IMG/VR virus record: IMGVR_UViG_3300030102_006960
Span: 64,001-128,000 of that record
Source: a virus
Length of the DNA stretch: 64,000 nucleotides
Strand: one strand, 5' to 3'
Shown here piece after piece: positions 9,986 to 20,213 of the stretch (position 1 is the first letter of the stretch; every line of letters starts with the position of its first letter). Made by a program: the position numbers and the translations under genes. The notes under the pieces were generated by a model. It searched no databases. It was not told the origin of the DNA and saw only the letters and a list, made by a program, of their open reading frames with translations.

Positions 9986-10358
9986 AATTAATATAGACTT
10001 AAAGGCGATTTTAATATTAGGTTTAGCAGTAGCTTTAGTCCTTAGTTTTATATTTAGACCTAGTGTACCTATAGAGGAATATGAAGAAGAAATTAGTGTT
10101 TTACAAAAACAAAATGAAAAACTACTAATATCAAACGATAGTATTATTAAAGCAAATATAAAATTACAAAAAGAAATTGATGTTATTTTATATGCAATTG
10201 ACAGTACTAAAGTTGTTCTTAGAAAAACAGAAGATAAATTAAAAGAATTAGAAAGAAAAAGAAATGAAGTATCTAATATCGTTGATAATATGGATAGCGA
10301 TGGTGTCACCAACACTCTCTCAGACTATCTCCAAAGGAGAAATCAGAACAATCGTTGA
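9978..10358 (+). CDS. N-terminal TM + coiled-coil protein (i-spanin-like architecture)
   Basis: Start at ATG 9978 (MLKINIDLKAILILGLAVALVLSFIF) followed by heptads. Confidence 0.55.
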   Translation: MLKINIDLKAILILGLAVALVLSFIFRPSVPIEEYEEEISVLQKQNEKLLISNDSIIKANIKLQKEIDVILYAIDSTKVVLRKTEDKLKELERKRNEVSNIVDNMDSDGVTNTLSDYLQRRNQNNR

Positions 10359-10719
10359 TAATGGTGATACATTAGTTATTATGAATTTAGAAGACGCTAA
10401 GGTAATACTTAACGATCTTTTGGAGTATGAGATTGCAGATAGTTTATTAACTGTTTACAAAGAGAAAGATAGTCTTAATACTAATACTATAACACTACAA
10501 AAAGAGGTTATTTTTAAGTTAATGGAAAAATCAGATAACCAGCAAAGTCAAATAGATAATTTCCAACAGATATTAGACAATAAAAACTCTGAGTTAGGTA
10601 TGAAAGAAGATACCATTAAACAACAGAAAAAAGAATTACGAAAACAAAAGTTTTTAAAGTTTTTAGGTTTTGGTGGATCAGTAATTCTCCCAATTATAGC
10701 AATATTGATTTTAGTCTGA
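10264..10719 (+). CDS. Signal peptide + coiled coil + C-terminal TM protein, overlapping the previous gene
   Basis: MKYLISLIIWIAMVSPTLSQ signal; begins 95 nt inside the upstream ORF in another frame. Confidence 0.6.
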   Translation: MKYLISLIIWIAMVSPTLSQTISKGEIRTIVDNGDTLVIMNLEDAKVILNDLLEYEIADSLLTVYKEKDSLNTNTITLQKEVIFKLMEKSDNQQSQIDNFQQILDNKNSELGMKEDTIKQQKKELRKQKFLKFLGFGGSVILPIIAILILV

Positions 10720-10763
10720 TTTTTTTCGTAATATCAAATATTTATAAATAAACATCTATTATC

Positions 10764-11024
10764 ATGAACGATATCGAATTAAAACACATAATTAAGGAAG
10801 CGTTAACTAAAACCGATGAAAATAAAATTGGTGTTATGATACGTAAAGAGATAAAAGATGCTTTTGGTAGTGATTTAGAGAAGAAAGTTACTAATATTGT
10901 TAATAAAGAAATAAAGGGGACTAAGTTCGAAAAAGAAGTAGTTAAAATTAGTAAAGATGTATTAGAACAACTTTATAGAGAATTATGGATGAGACGTATG
11001 TTTTGGAAAAACGCAATAAAATAA
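10764..11024 (+). CDS. Hypothetical protein
   Basis: ATATTTAT at 10738; N-terminal LKHIIKE motif. Confidence 0.7.
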   Translation: MNDIELKHIIKEALTKTDENKIGVMIRKEIKDAFGSDLEKKVTNIVNKEIKGTKFEKEVVKISKDVLEQLYRELWMRRMFWKNAIK

Positions 11025-12172
11025 TGGAAAATATTAAAAGAGACTACGACAAAGTAAAAGACATTATAATGTCTTGTAATAATACCACCCAACTAAAAGT
11101 TGCGGATAAGGTATTAAATAAATTGGTGGATAAACACAGTGATAAAATACCATCTAAACAAATCAACATTTTAAAACAACTAATTAAATTAATGAGTTTA
11201 AAGTGTAAAAAAGGTAAAGATGAAGATGTAAATGAAATATTTGATAGTGGAAAAGATTTTAAAACTCAATTAAATTTAAGTGGTGTAGAGTCACTCCAAA
11301 AAATTGCACCACAGATGAAAGAAGAAATTAATATTGGTACACAAATAGAACAGAATCATTTACCTATTGAACAAGCAAAAGAATTAGCAACTCAAAACGT
11401 TAATAATATTTCGGATTATTATACTAATCCCAATTTTTGTATAATTGCAGTAGAAAGTAAAAATGGAACTAAAAAAACTGTAAGAGTAGAAAAAGAATTA
11501 TTTGAAAAGAGTAAAGAAGGAAAGTTAGAATTAATAATGGATGATATGGAAATATTTCATGAAGATTTAGATACTAATGAAATTGCCAATAGACTAAGAG
11601 ATCAATTAAGACAACAACAAAGGAATAGATTTACTAAAAAAGAAATTTTTGATAAGATAAGAGAAAAACGTTCTGAAGAATTAGAAAGAAGGAAATCAGA
11701 AGATTTTGAAGATGATGAATTAGAAGAAGCTACTGGCGCTGGTAGTGCAGGTGCATTTGTTGCACCATTAAATCAAGAACCTATAAGTAGAAGGTTTGCA
11801 AAAAATAAAATACCGGTTTCTAAAAATGGTATGACAAAACCTATTGGTAAAATGTTTTCTATGGGTATATTAGAAGAAGATGAAGAATTAGAAGAGGCGG
11901 TAGATTATGGGGGTGCGGTAGGTTCATATGTAACACCGGCAATGTGGGCAAAAAATAAAAAGAATTGGAGAGGGGCAAATAAGTTAGCATATCCGGGAGG
12001 TAAATTTGTTAATATAAAAGAAAAATGTAACACATATCCTTATTGTAATCAAGGGTATGGAAGTAAAAAAACTTCACCTATTACACTAACAAATACATCA
12101 GATATGAAAATAGATAATGTATTTAATGAAAATAAAATAATCAAAAAGAGTAATTTAAAACTCAAAAAATAA
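11024..12172 (+). CDS. Hypothetical protein with repeated ELEEA-(G/A-rich)-P motifs
   Basis: ATG at 11024 coupled to the upstream stop; DELEEATGAGSAGAFVAP and EELEEAVDYGGAVGSYVTP. Confidence 0.7.
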   Translation: MENIKRDYDKVKDIIMSCNNTTQLKVADKVLNKLVDKHSDKIPSKQINILKQLIKLMSLKCKKGKDEDVNEIFDSGKDFKTQLNLSGVESLQKIAPQMKEEINIGTQIEQNHLPIEQAKELATQNVNNISDYYTNPNFCIIAVESKNGTKKTVRVEKELFEKSKEGKLELIMDDMEIFHEDLDTNEIANRLRDQLRQQQRNRFTKKEIFDKIREKRSEELERRKSEDFEDDELEEATGAGSAGAFVAPLNQEPISRRFAKNKIPVSKNGMTKPIGKMFSMGILEEDEELEEAVDYGGAVGSYVTPAMWAKNKKNWRGANKLAYPGGKFVNIKEKCNTYPYCNQGYGSKKTSPITLTNTSDMKIDNVFNENKIIKKSNLKLKK

Positions 12173-12217
12173 TACATTAACCAATTAATGTATATTTATA
12201 TATAAACAAACAATAAA

Positions 12218-13072
12218 ATGGAAAATAAATTTTTAACTAAAAAGACTAAAGTAACCATTAATGAAGAATCTCCTAATGGGTTAAAAACTTATGAAAAAGT
12301 TCATAAAGAAGATGCAACTATTAATAAAGATGCTTTAAAGGCTATTGGTAAAAAATTAGAAGATTATTATGGTGATGAACTAAAAGAATTAGATCCAGTA
12401 TTAAAAGTAGATAGAGAACAAGATTCACCTAAAGGTATCGATCCTTATGAAATAGAGGCGTTAGGTTCTGGAATGCAAGGGTTAAAGTATGATGATGAAG
12501 GTAGTGAAGTATTTAAATCATTTATGAACCGTATAGAAAAGCTAAATGATACTTCTGAGTATGATAAAGAATTTGGTACTAAAGATGGTTTTGGAGAAAC
12601 TGATGAAAATGATGATACATTTGAAGTTTTGATGAAAAATGGTGAACTAAAGAAAAAATATAAATATGACGAACCAACAGAATATCAACAAACTCCAAGA
12701 GTTAGGGTAACTAAAGGTGTCAATGAATCAAAAAATGAAAAAATGAAAAGATTAAATTTTAAAACTGAATTCACTTCAGTAGAAGAAGTAAAAGAATTAA
12801 TACCTGAAAACTATAAGGTTGATGATCACACTTTTTTAATGACAGATGGTAACCAAACATTTAAAATGAGATGGGATGAATCATTGAATGAGGCTACAGT
12901 ATTAAATTTTAGAAATGAAAAATCTATAAATGAGAATGTAGAAAAGATGAAGAAATTATATGATTTCCAATATGGTGATGTTAATACAAAAACTAATGAT
13001 TATACTGAAGAAACTAAAGTTTTTAAAAACTTAATGGAATCAGTTAAAGATAAAAACTTATTATCGGATTAA
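12218..13072 (+). CDS. Hypothetical protein (possible head core/scaffold-type)
   Basis: ATATTTAT at 12192; many INE/VNE/LNE/LME sites. Confidence 0.6.
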   Translation: MENKFLTKKTKVTINEESPNGLKTYEKVHKEDATINKDALKAIGKKLEDYYGDELKELDPVLKVDREQDSPKGIDPYEIEALGSGMQGLKYDDEGSEVFKSFMNRIEKLNDTSEYDKEFGTKDGFGETDENDDTFEVLMKNGELKKKYKYDEPTEYQQTPRVRVTKGVNESKNEKMKRLNFKTEFTSVEEVKELIPENYKVDDHTFLMTDGNQTFKMRWDESLNEATVLNFRNEKSINENVEKMKKLYDFQYGDVNTKTNDYTEETKVFKNLMESVKDKNLLSD

Positions 13073-13092
13073 CCACCCACAAACCACTAATT

Positions 13093-13118
13093 AAACCTCC
13101 ATTTATGGGGGTTTTTTT
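13093..13118 (+). terminator. Intrinsic terminator
   Basis: AAACCTCCAT-TT-ATGGGGGTTT plus T run. Confidence 0.75.
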
Positions 13119-13142
13119 ATGCTTTCATTATATTTATATGTA

Positions 13143-13907
13143 ATGGAACTAAATTTTAAAAATATATTATTAGAATCGATTATTGATGAATTAGAAACTT
13201 TAACTAGAATGGATAAGGCAGTTCTTAAGTTTATCCACCAATCTATGAGTAAAGAAAAATTTAACCACAGTATTGGTAAAAATACTTATGATATGGAAGC
13301 AAGTGATGCATTAAGAATCAATGATTTAATTAATGTTTTTGGGTTAAAAGATTATGACTATGTTTTTAAAATGTGGAATTTTTATAAAAGGTTTGGGGAT
13401 GTCTTATTTGATGATGAGATATTTGATGACTTTTCATATAGTATAGAAGACTATGATGATGCAACTAAACTTATAATTGCAAAATATTATTTAGATAATT
13501 TAGTAGGAAGGGAAATTTATCCGGGATGGACAATAGAAATGATGGAAGATCCAATTACTATGGTTGAAGAGAATTTAATGACTATGCTTGTAACTAATGG
13601 TAACTATGAACACATATTTCTATATTTATTAGATTTGAAAGGTAATAAATTGGCGGGTGATATTATTACTCACAATGAAGATGGTTTAGGTGCGTATTTT
13701 TCAGAGGATATTAAAGTGTCTAAATATGCAGATATTATTGACACCATTGAAATACCAAACCCAATAAAACGTTTAAATAATTTAAGTGATGAAAGTTTGG
13801 AAAAATATTTTAATTTCATTATTGAAAATTTACGAGATGAAATTGAAGAGTGGGATGAAGATATCCGACACTATTATGAAAATATTAAACCAGAAAGAGA
13901 AGGTTAA
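13143..13907 (+). CDS. Acidic protein, member of the local paralogue family
   Basis: Start moved to ATG 13143 after ATATTTAT (13130); MELNFKNILLES...TLTRMDKAVLKFIH. Confidence 0.7.
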   Translation: MELNFKNILLESIIDELETLTRMDKAVLKFIHQSMSKEKFNHSIGKNTYDMEASDALRINDLINVFGLKDYDYVFKMWNFYKRFGDVLFDDEIFDDFSYSIEDYDDATKLIIAKYYLDNLVGREIYPGWTIEMMEDPITMVEENLMTMLVTNGNYEHIFLYLLDLKGNKLAGDIITHNEDGLGAYFSEDIKVSKYADIIDTIEIPNPIKRLNNLSDESLEKYFNFIIENLRDEIEEWDEDIRHYYENIKPEREG

Positions 13908-14781
13908 TTCGGACAAACCAATAATAGAACAAAAAAATAGAAATATGTTATTAAAAAAAGGAAGTAAAGGTGATGATGTTAAAGAACTACAAAAATTATT
14001 AAATATTACTGTTGATGGTGATTTCGGTCCTGCAACTGAACTAGCAGTAATGAGATTTCAAGCACAAAACGGTTTAAAAACTGATGGTATAGTCGGACCT
14101 AAGACATGGAAAAAGATACAAAGTAGAAACAACAGTATAGAAAAAAGTGATGGGTACGTATGGATATTAGATAATGGACATGGAGGTATTATAGACGGTG
14201 TATATCAGACACCTGGTAAACGATCACCTAAGTGGGAGGATGGTACACAGTTATTTGAAGGAGAGTTCAATAGGGCGGTTGTAAATAGAATTATTAAGAT
14301 GTGTGAAAAAGATGGTATTGAGTGTATTAATTTAGTTGATACAGAAAAAGATTTATCATTAAGATGGAGAACTGATAAAGCAAATGACATATACAGAGAA
14401 AGACAACAAAGTGATGGTAAGAAATGTATTTATGTTTCAGTACACGCTAATGGATTTAACAAAGAATCCGCACACGGTTGGTCAGTATATACAACTGTAG
14501 GTGAAACTAAATCTGATAAAATTGCTCAAATATTACATGAAAAGGCAAAAGTAGAATTCCCAACACATAAAATGAGGGTAGATACAAGAGATGGAGACGC
14601 AGATAAAGAATCTAATTTTTGGGTTCTACGTAAAGTAGTTATGCCTTCCATATTATCAGAAAACTTCTTTATGACTAATAGAGAAGAAAGTAAACTACTT
14701 TTAAGTGAGGAGGGAAGAGATAGGATAGCTAAAATACACTACCAAATGATAAAAGAAGTAGAATCCAAAAAAATTATTTAA
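13876..14781 (+). CDS. Endolysin: peptidoglycan-binding domain + N-acetylmuramoyl-L-alanine amidase (Amidase_3)
   Basis: LKKGSKGDDVKELQKLL...DGIVGPKT (PG_binding_1); ILDNGHGG, EGEFN, SVHAN, SILSENFFM. Start may be 13876 or 13945. Confidence 0.9.
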   Translation: MKILNQKEKVNSDKPIIEQKNRNMLLKKGSKGDDVKELQKLLNITVDGDFGPATELAVMRFQAQNGLKTDGIVGPKTWKKIQSRNNSIEKSDGYVWILDNGHGGIIDGVYQTPGKRSPKWEDGTQLFEGEFNRAVVNRIIKMCEKDGIECINLVDTEKDLSLRWRTDKANDIYRERQQSDGKKCIYVSVHANGFNKESAHGWSVYTTVGETKSDKIAQILHEKAKVEFPTHKMRVDTRDGDADKESNFWVLRKVVMPSILSENFFMTNREESKLLLSEEGRDRIAKIHYQMIKEVESKKII

Positions 14782-14827
14782 TAATAACTCTTTATTAGAG
14801 TAATAAGTGTTATTATATTAGTGTTAT

Positions 14828-15295
14828 ATGAATAGTGCAGAGTTTATACAGTACATTACTAAGGAGTTAACAATGGAAGAAATGACATTGTTATATAAAG
14901 CAAATAATATAAATTATGATAAATGTAATTTATATTATGAGTTTATTATGACTCTTAATAGAAAAGTTAATAATACTTTTTTAGGTGATGACGTAATAAA
15001 TAACGAAGAAGATATAAAAAATCATTTTAATTGGTGTTTTAATCATACAATTAAAAATTTTAGTAAAGAGGGTATATTATTTATGGAAACCGATTTATTA
15101 AAAGAATATTTTTTTAATTTTTATGTGGAATTATTTTACTACACCCCCACCAAAAAAGATATTTTAGATAAGTTAGATAAATTCCCTAATATGTCTTTTG
15201 ATTATTATAGGTTAAAAACTAGATCTGATATGGATGTATTATTAGAATTATATAGAATTTTTGAAAAAAGTTTAGATTATAAGTTAAAAATGTAG
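14828..15295 (+). CDS. Hypothetical protein
   Basis: Clean ORF with typical codon usage. Confidence 0.65.
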   Translation: MNSAEFIQYITKELTMEEMTLLYKANNINYDKCNLYYEFIMTLNRKVNNTFLGDDVINNEEDIKNHFNWCFNHTIKNFSKEGILFMETDLLKEYFFNFYVELFYYTPTKKDILDKLDKFPNMSFDYYRLKTRSDMDVLLELYRIFEKSLDYKLKM

Positions 15296-15340
15296 GTTTT
15301 AGTATTTATTTTATCATAAAATAGTTTTATAGTTACATAT

Positions 15341-15589
15341 ATGAATAATAAAATTAAATTTTTAGAAATAGTTTTATCAGATTTAATATCTGAAAGAGAT
15401 ACGTTAGAAATGGATTTAAATTATATTTTAAATAATTCTTTATTTGAAGCCAAAAAGAAAAAGAAAAAATTTGAAAGGGTTTTAGAGTCTATAGTTAATG
15501 TAAATAATAAAATAAACACTCTCACAGAATACTTAGCACAAATAACTGCTGCTAGTAGTGTTACAAATGAAAGTGTAGAAGAAAAATAA
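15341..15589 (+). CDS. Hypothetical coiled-coil protein
   Basis: Clean ORF, heptad pattern. Confidence 0.6.
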   Translation: MNNKIKFLEIVLSDLISERDTLEMDLNYILNNSLFEAKKKKKKFERVLESIVNVNNKINTLTEYLAQITAASSVTNESVEEK

Positions 15590-15609
15590 CAAAAATTAAA
15601 ATTAAAAAA

Positions 15610-15798
15610 ATGGAAAATTTTGAATCATTAAAAACATTAGTAACAAATTTAGAAGAAGATGTAGTAAAATTTTATGAAAAAAATAATAAAGCTGCTGGAA
15701 CCAGAGTAAGAAAAGGGTGTCAAGATATTAAAAATCTTTGTCAAACCATAAGGGTAGAAGTTTCTGAATTGAAAAAAACAGATACTGTAGCAGTATAA
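15610..15798 (+). CDS. Histone H1-like protein (Hc1 family, Bacteroidota short form)
   Basis: KFYEKNNKAAGTRVRKGCQDIK signature (K.NKAAGTRARK). Confidence 0.85.
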   Translation: MENFESLKTLVTNLEEDVVKFYEKNNKAAGTRVRKGCQDIKNLCQTIRVEVSELKKTDTVAV

Positions 15799-15809
15799 AA
15801 ATAATTAAT

Positions 15810-16007
15810 ATGATGATAGACATTCTTAATAAAGTATTTTTGTTTTTATTAATTCTATCTATTTTAAACGTAATAAGAAATTCGTTTTTTTTGGTTAGGA
15901 GTTTTAAAGATGGTGATAGATTTAAATTAAATAGACCTTCTTTATTGATTTTAGGGATGTCTATATCATATATAATACTAACATTAATAGAAGGTATAAA
16001 AATTTAA
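15810..16007 (+). CDS. Small two-TM membrane protein
   Basis: Two hydrophobic segments in 65 aa. Confidence 0.6.
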   Translation: MMIDILNKVFLFLLILSILNVIRNSFFLVRSFKDGDRFKLNRPSLLILGMSISYIILTLIEGIKI

Positions 16008-16008
16008 A

Positions 16009-16476
16009 ATGATACAAGAAAAATTAAATAGTTTAAGACCTTATGTAACAGGATTGAGATTTGTAAAAGATTTAGCCGTTGTTGATTTAGTCTTAAAAGA
16101 AGGTTGGAATATGTTTGAGTCTGATAAGGTATCTTATAAACCTAGTAATAATAACAAAAATTATTTTATGGTTTTCCCTAAAGATCCTAAAGACTCTATA
16201 GATGATGTGGTTATACATGTAGAAAATGTTATAAATGTAAACATAGAAAAAGAGAATAAATTAGTTTTACTTAAAGCTAAAATAGAAGAATTAAAGAGGT
16301 TATTTACGGATAAAACTTTAAAGGATTTAGAAAGATTAAAATTTGTAATTCCAGAACTTACAGAACCAACCCTAAAAGACATTGAAATACCGCAAAGTAG
16401 TAGGCACCTAAATAGTAAAATAGAATTACCACCCAAAGAGGAAGTTAAAAAAGAATTAGAAAAAGAGGAAAATTAA
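16009..16476 (+). CDS. Hypothetical protein
   Basis: Clean ORF in operon. Confidence 0.65.
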   Translation: MIQEKLNSLRPYVTGLRFVKDLAVVDLVLKEGWNMFESDKVSYKPSNNNKNYFMVFPKDPKDSIDDVVIHVENVINVNIEKENKLVLLKAKIEELKRLFTDKTLKDLERLKFVIPELTEPTLKDIEIPQSSRHLNSKIELPPKEEVKKELEKEEN

Positions 16477-16488
16477 TTCCTCTTTTTT
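16461..16488. terminator. Bidirectional terminator between convergent genes
   Basis: AAAAGAGGAA-AATTAA-TTCCTCTTTT with A and T runs. Confidence 0.7.
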
Positions 16489-16808
16489 TATACCTCAAAA
16501 TGTTCTTGTAATGTATGAATTAACCAAGTCGTACCTGAAAAAAAACAAGCGTCAAAAAATATAGAAATATAACAATTATCTAACCCATTCAATGAAAGAG
16601 GTGAAAATTGATTATATCCCAATAAATGTACACTAGTAGATATAAAAATACCAACCCAAAAAGGTAAACACATCATACAACTAAACAATTTTCCCCAAAA
16701 ATCTGGTGAGTATAGATTTAGTTTATCTCTTAAACCTTCAAATATACTCCCATATACTATTATGTTACAAATTCCATAACATACTAAAATACTAACTAAA
16801 ATACTCAT
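16488..16808 (-). CDS. DUF1360-like membrane protein
   Basis: LFSCMMCLPFWVG (L..C..C...W) within hydrophobic helices. Confidence 0.6.
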   Translation of the reverse strand: MSILVSILVCYGICNIIVYGSIFEGLRDKLNLYSPDFWGKLFSCMMCLPFWVGIFISTSVHLLGYNQFSPLSLNGLDNCYISIFFDACFFSGTTWLIHTLQEHFEV

Positions 16809-16854
16809 TTTTTATATTTTTTAAACTATTTATTATATAGTAAAGATAGTGAAA

Positions 16855-17280
16855 ATGAAATTAATTGTCAATAATAATCAGTATAAACGTTTAATACGAC
16901 AACAGAATAAAGAAAATAATTTTCTTAATGAATGGGGTGTTTATATAAAAGATAATATAATTAAAAAAATAGAAGATAAAAATCTAAATGAAAATGTAAT
17001 TTCACTCAATAATCTTAATTTAAAATTAAGTAAACACAAATTTTTTAATTCATTACCAATGGATAACTTAATTTTAAATATTTATAATGAAAGGTTAAAT
17101 GAAACTATTATTGAATTAGATAATAATACTATGTATTTAGATGAGTCTAATAAAATTAAGGATGTATTTATTAATATTATCCACAATAATAGTAAAAATT
17201 TAAATGAAACTATTAATAGTAGTGAAATAGGTATAAAATTGATGAAAATAAAAGAATGGTATGAGACTAAAAATAAGTGA
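16855..17280 (+). CDS. Hypothetical protein with N-terminal K-L-x-x-x-x-x-Q-Y-K-R-L leader
   Basis: MKLIVNNNQYKRLIRQQ; several LNE sites. Confidence 0.65.
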   Translation: MKLIVNNNQYKRLIRQQNKENNFLNEWGVYIKDNIIKKIEDKNLNENVISLNNLNLKLSKHKFFNSLPMDNLILNIYNERLNETIIELDNNTMYLDESNKIKDVFINIIHNNSKNLNETINSSEIGIKLMKIKEWYETKNK

Positions 17281-18274
17281 GAGACAATTAAGAAGAATTA
17301 AAGAAGACAGTGAATCTTCAGAAACTTTAACTACATTATCTAATTTATCTGATACTGCAGATAAATTTCAAGATGATTTAGGTGGTAAATATTTACGTAG
17401 GTATAGAAAAAACGATAAAAATTCGGTAAAAAGAGTTCAAACTATGTTAACTCTTTTAGGATATGATGTAGGACATTATGGGGATGGTGAACCGGTTATT
17501 GACGGTATTTATGGTCCAGACACTGCAGAAGCGGTAAGACATTTTCAAAAAAACACCTTTATTGAACCAATTGAGTGGGATTCAATAGTGGGTCCAAAAA
17601 CCTATACAGAATTATATGACGATATAGAAGAATTAGGGGACGAACACGCTATGTCAGTAGAAGAGGTATTATTATTAGGGTTAGATGATGAAAATATTAT
17701 GGGTGATGATGATGAACCCCACTATAATGACGAAGAAGAGGAAGAAGAAGAGAAAAAAGAATTGGATTGGGATGATGTTGAAGATGGTGACTATGAAATA
17801 AGTGATAAAGTAATTAAGTTAGGAAGAGAAGTCGTAGATAAAGCATCAGAAAGACTAGGTGAACCATATGTGTGGGGAGGTGAGTTTGATGGTGTCGGTG
17901 GTGATTGTAGTGGTTTGGTAGATTGGACGTTTAGACATGTTGATGGTCTCGATTCACCAGGAAGAGATACTACTTCTACATTAAAAAGAGAAGAAGGTTT
18001 TAGAGGGGGTAGAAATAACTATGACGAAGTAAAACCAGGTGATATTTTATTATTTGATGGTAAAAAGGTTAAACATACAGGAATTGTATCTGATGTAAAT
18101 GGTAACAAAATTAGTATGATTCATTCGGCAGGTACTGGTTGGGATAAGGGTACTAAAAGGGGAGTCCAAATAACAAAAGATACGTTTAATGATTACAAGT
18201 ATTTTAGAAATAATTATTTAGGTTATGTTCCTTTAGAGTATTTTATGGTTGACAAAGAAGATATAATGACTTAA
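17261..18274 (+). CDS. Peptidoglycan-binding domain + NlpC/P60 cysteine peptidase
   Basis: VKRVQTMLTLLGY...DGIYGPDT; PYVWGG, DCSGLV, PGDILLF, HTGI, MIHS; N-terminal MRLKISERQLRRIKE leader. Confidence 0.88.
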   Translation: MRLKISERQLRRIKEDSESSETLTTLSNLSDTADKFQDDLGGKYLRRYRKNDKNSVKRVQTMLTLLGYDVGHYGDGEPVIDGIYGPDTAEAVRHFQKNTFIEPIEWDSIVGPKTYTELYDDIEELGDEHAMSVEEVLLLGLDDENIMGDDDEPHYNDEEEEEEEKKELDWDDVEDGDYEISDKVIKLGREVVDKASERLGEPYVWGGEFDGVGGDCSGLVDWTFRHVDGLDSPGRDTTSTLKREEGFRGGRNNYDEVKPGDILLFDGKKVKHTGIVSDVNGNKISMIHSAGTGWDKGTKRGVQITKDTFNDYKYFRNNYLGYVPLEYFMVDKEDIMT

Positions 18275-18284
18275 ATTTATTATT

Positions 18285-18662
18285 ATGAGAAAATACGGAG
18301 GAGTTTTATTAATTTGTAAGGAAACAAATAATTTTTTATTATTAAAAAGATGTGAACAGGCTAGTTATCCTAAAACGTGGTCTATAGTATCTGGTGGTAT
18401 TGAAAGAGGTGAAAAACCATTAGAGGGTATAAAAAGAGAGTTAAAAGAAGAAACCGGTATTAGTGATGATAATATTCGTTATGAATTTTTTGAACATCAA
18501 AATCAACTAATTCCTTATTTTGATTTTTACATTGGTTATTGTGAAAAAGAATACGAATGTAAATTAGATGATGAAAACATAGATTGGGGTTGGTTTAATA
18601 TGAAAAATTTACCTAAACCCTTATTTCCTACACTTTATTCTTCACTAGTTAGAATTATTTAA
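18285..18662 (+). CDS. Nudix hydrolase
   Basis: Nudix box GGIERGEKPLEGIKRELKEETG. Confidence 0.9.
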   Translation: MRKYGGVLLICKETNNFLLLKRCEQASYPKTWSIVSGGIERGEKPLEGIKRELKEETGISDDNIRYEFFEHQNQLIPYFDFYIGYCEKEYECKLDDENIDWGWFNMKNLPKPLFPTLYSSLVRII

Positions 18663-18675
18663 TTATAATTGTAAT

Positions 18676-18867
18676 ATGGATGAAATAGAAAGAGAAAGAT
18701 TTGGTATTGAGATGGATCGCGAAAAAACCCAACTCAAAAAAGAACAATTTATTCGTGAGATAAAAAATGGTTTAGGAGAACACATCAAAAAAAATGGTAA
18801 TAAAGTTAAAAAAATTAAGAGAAGTAAGTGGGAAAACTTTTGGTTAAAATTAAAAAAAATATTTTAA
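18676..18867 (+). CDS. Hypothetical basic protein
   Basis: Short ORF in operon. Confidence 0.55.
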   Translation: MDEIERERFGIEMDREKTQLKKEQFIREIKNGLGEHIKKNGNKVKKIKRSKWENFWLKLKKIF

Positions 18868-18868
18868 A

Positions 18869-19090
18869 ATGAATTTAGAAAAAGTTTTAGAGATTGCCAA
18901 TGAATGTGTAAGTAATGAAGTAATACCAACTGAAGAACTTACCCTCACATATTTTTTAGATTCTAAAACTCACAGACATTTAGACGAAGAGTTATTTTAT
19001 AAAACTAATAATAATAACTCCACTTTCAATCACAATAAAGAAATAGAAGTTAATATTGCAGGTGTAACTTTCATTTTTAAACAAAAATAA
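18869..19090 (+). CDS. Hypothetical protein
   Basis: Short ORF in operon. Confidence 0.6.
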   Translation: MNLEKVLEIANECVSNEVIPTEELTLTYFLDSKTHRHLDEELFYKTNNNNSTFNHNKEIEVNIAGVTFIFKQK

Positions 19091-19133
19091 TTTACATTCT
19101 CATTTTTTTTAATTAAGTTTAAAAAAAAAGTAT

Positions 19134-20195
19134 ATGCAAAAATCCGATGATATAAATGACTTTGTTAATTTTATTTTAAATGACGAAGTAAAAGAAAACG
19201 AAAAAGAATTAGGTTTAGAACACCCTAGTGTAGAGTACGAAGCTAAAGAAAGAGAAGTAGTAGATAAAGTTTTAGAAGAACGTAGTATCGAAGAGAGATT
19301 ATCTTACTATACCTGTAAAAGATTTCAAGGCGAAGAAAGAGGTGTTTGTGATAAATTAAATGTATTAGGTAGGTGGTTAAAAGAAAAAGATGGGTTAGAT
19401 ATGCAACCTATTATAGATACCTTATTGTTACCTCGTAAAGATGATAGGGATATGAATCCTAATTTTCAAGAACCTTTAAAGTATTTGTACGAAACTGGTA
19501 AATTTAAAGATATAAGTGAAAAAGATGGTTATTACACATCTCAAAGACTATTAAGTTGTGAGTTAGTTAGGGATGAAGAAGGTGAATGGGTATTTGTAAA
19601 CAAATTAAATACGAGTTGGAGTGATCTTGCAGAACTACTTACTACATTGTTTATGAGGGGTGGTAAAATAGAGGAACTTAAACATATGAATGTTACTGAA
19701 ATAAAAAACTTTCTTTTAAATTTAAGAAACAGTGGAAACCCAACCAGAAAAAATCCTAAGTCATCACATCTTTATAGATTATTAGAAAAATACTTTACTG
19801 TGGATGAATATGACGATTATACGTATAATACTCGAAAGAATACTATCATTGGAGATGAAATAGAAGATTTAACAATTAAGTTATTGGAAAAACAAGGTTT
19901 TAAATTACTGTATCACGGTAATAATGGTAACTTTATTGATATGAAGTATGGTATTGATATGATTATGGAGTTAGAAGGTAAGGTTTATTTAATACAAGTT
20001 AAAAGTAAGTCTAACGCAGCTAAAATGGCAATGGACTATCCTAATTATAGATATATCGATTTATTTGCTGGTGAAACATCAGATAAGAATGGTATAATGT
20101 TATACGACAGAGAATCTATGAAAGAAGGTGAGTTCATCGCCAAAGATATCCTACAAGATAATTTAGATTATCTTATTAATAAGTATTCCAATTAA
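19134..20195 (+). CDS. Protein with C-terminal PD-(D/E)xK nuclease-like domain
   Basis: GDEIE...GIDMIM...LIQVKS. Confidence 0.55.
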   Translation: MQKSDDINDFVNFILNDEVKENEKELGLEHPSVEYEAKEREVVDKVLEERSIEERLSYYTCKRFQGEERGVCDKLNVLGRWLKEKDGLDMQPIIDTLLLPRKDDRDMNPNFQEPLKYLYETGKFKDISEKDGYYTSQRLLSCELVRDEEGEWVFVNKLNTSWSDLAELLTTLFMRGGKIEELKHMNVTEIKNFLLNLRNSGNPTRKNPKSSHLYRLLEKYFTVDEYDDYTYNTRKNTIIGDEIEDLTIKLLEKQGFKLLYHGNNGNFIDMKYGIDMIMELEGKVYLIQVKSKSNAAKMAMDYPNYRYIDLFAGETSDKNGIMLYDRESMKEGEFIAKDILQDNLDYLINKYSN

Positions 20196-20213
20196 AGGGA
20201 TATTTATTAATAT

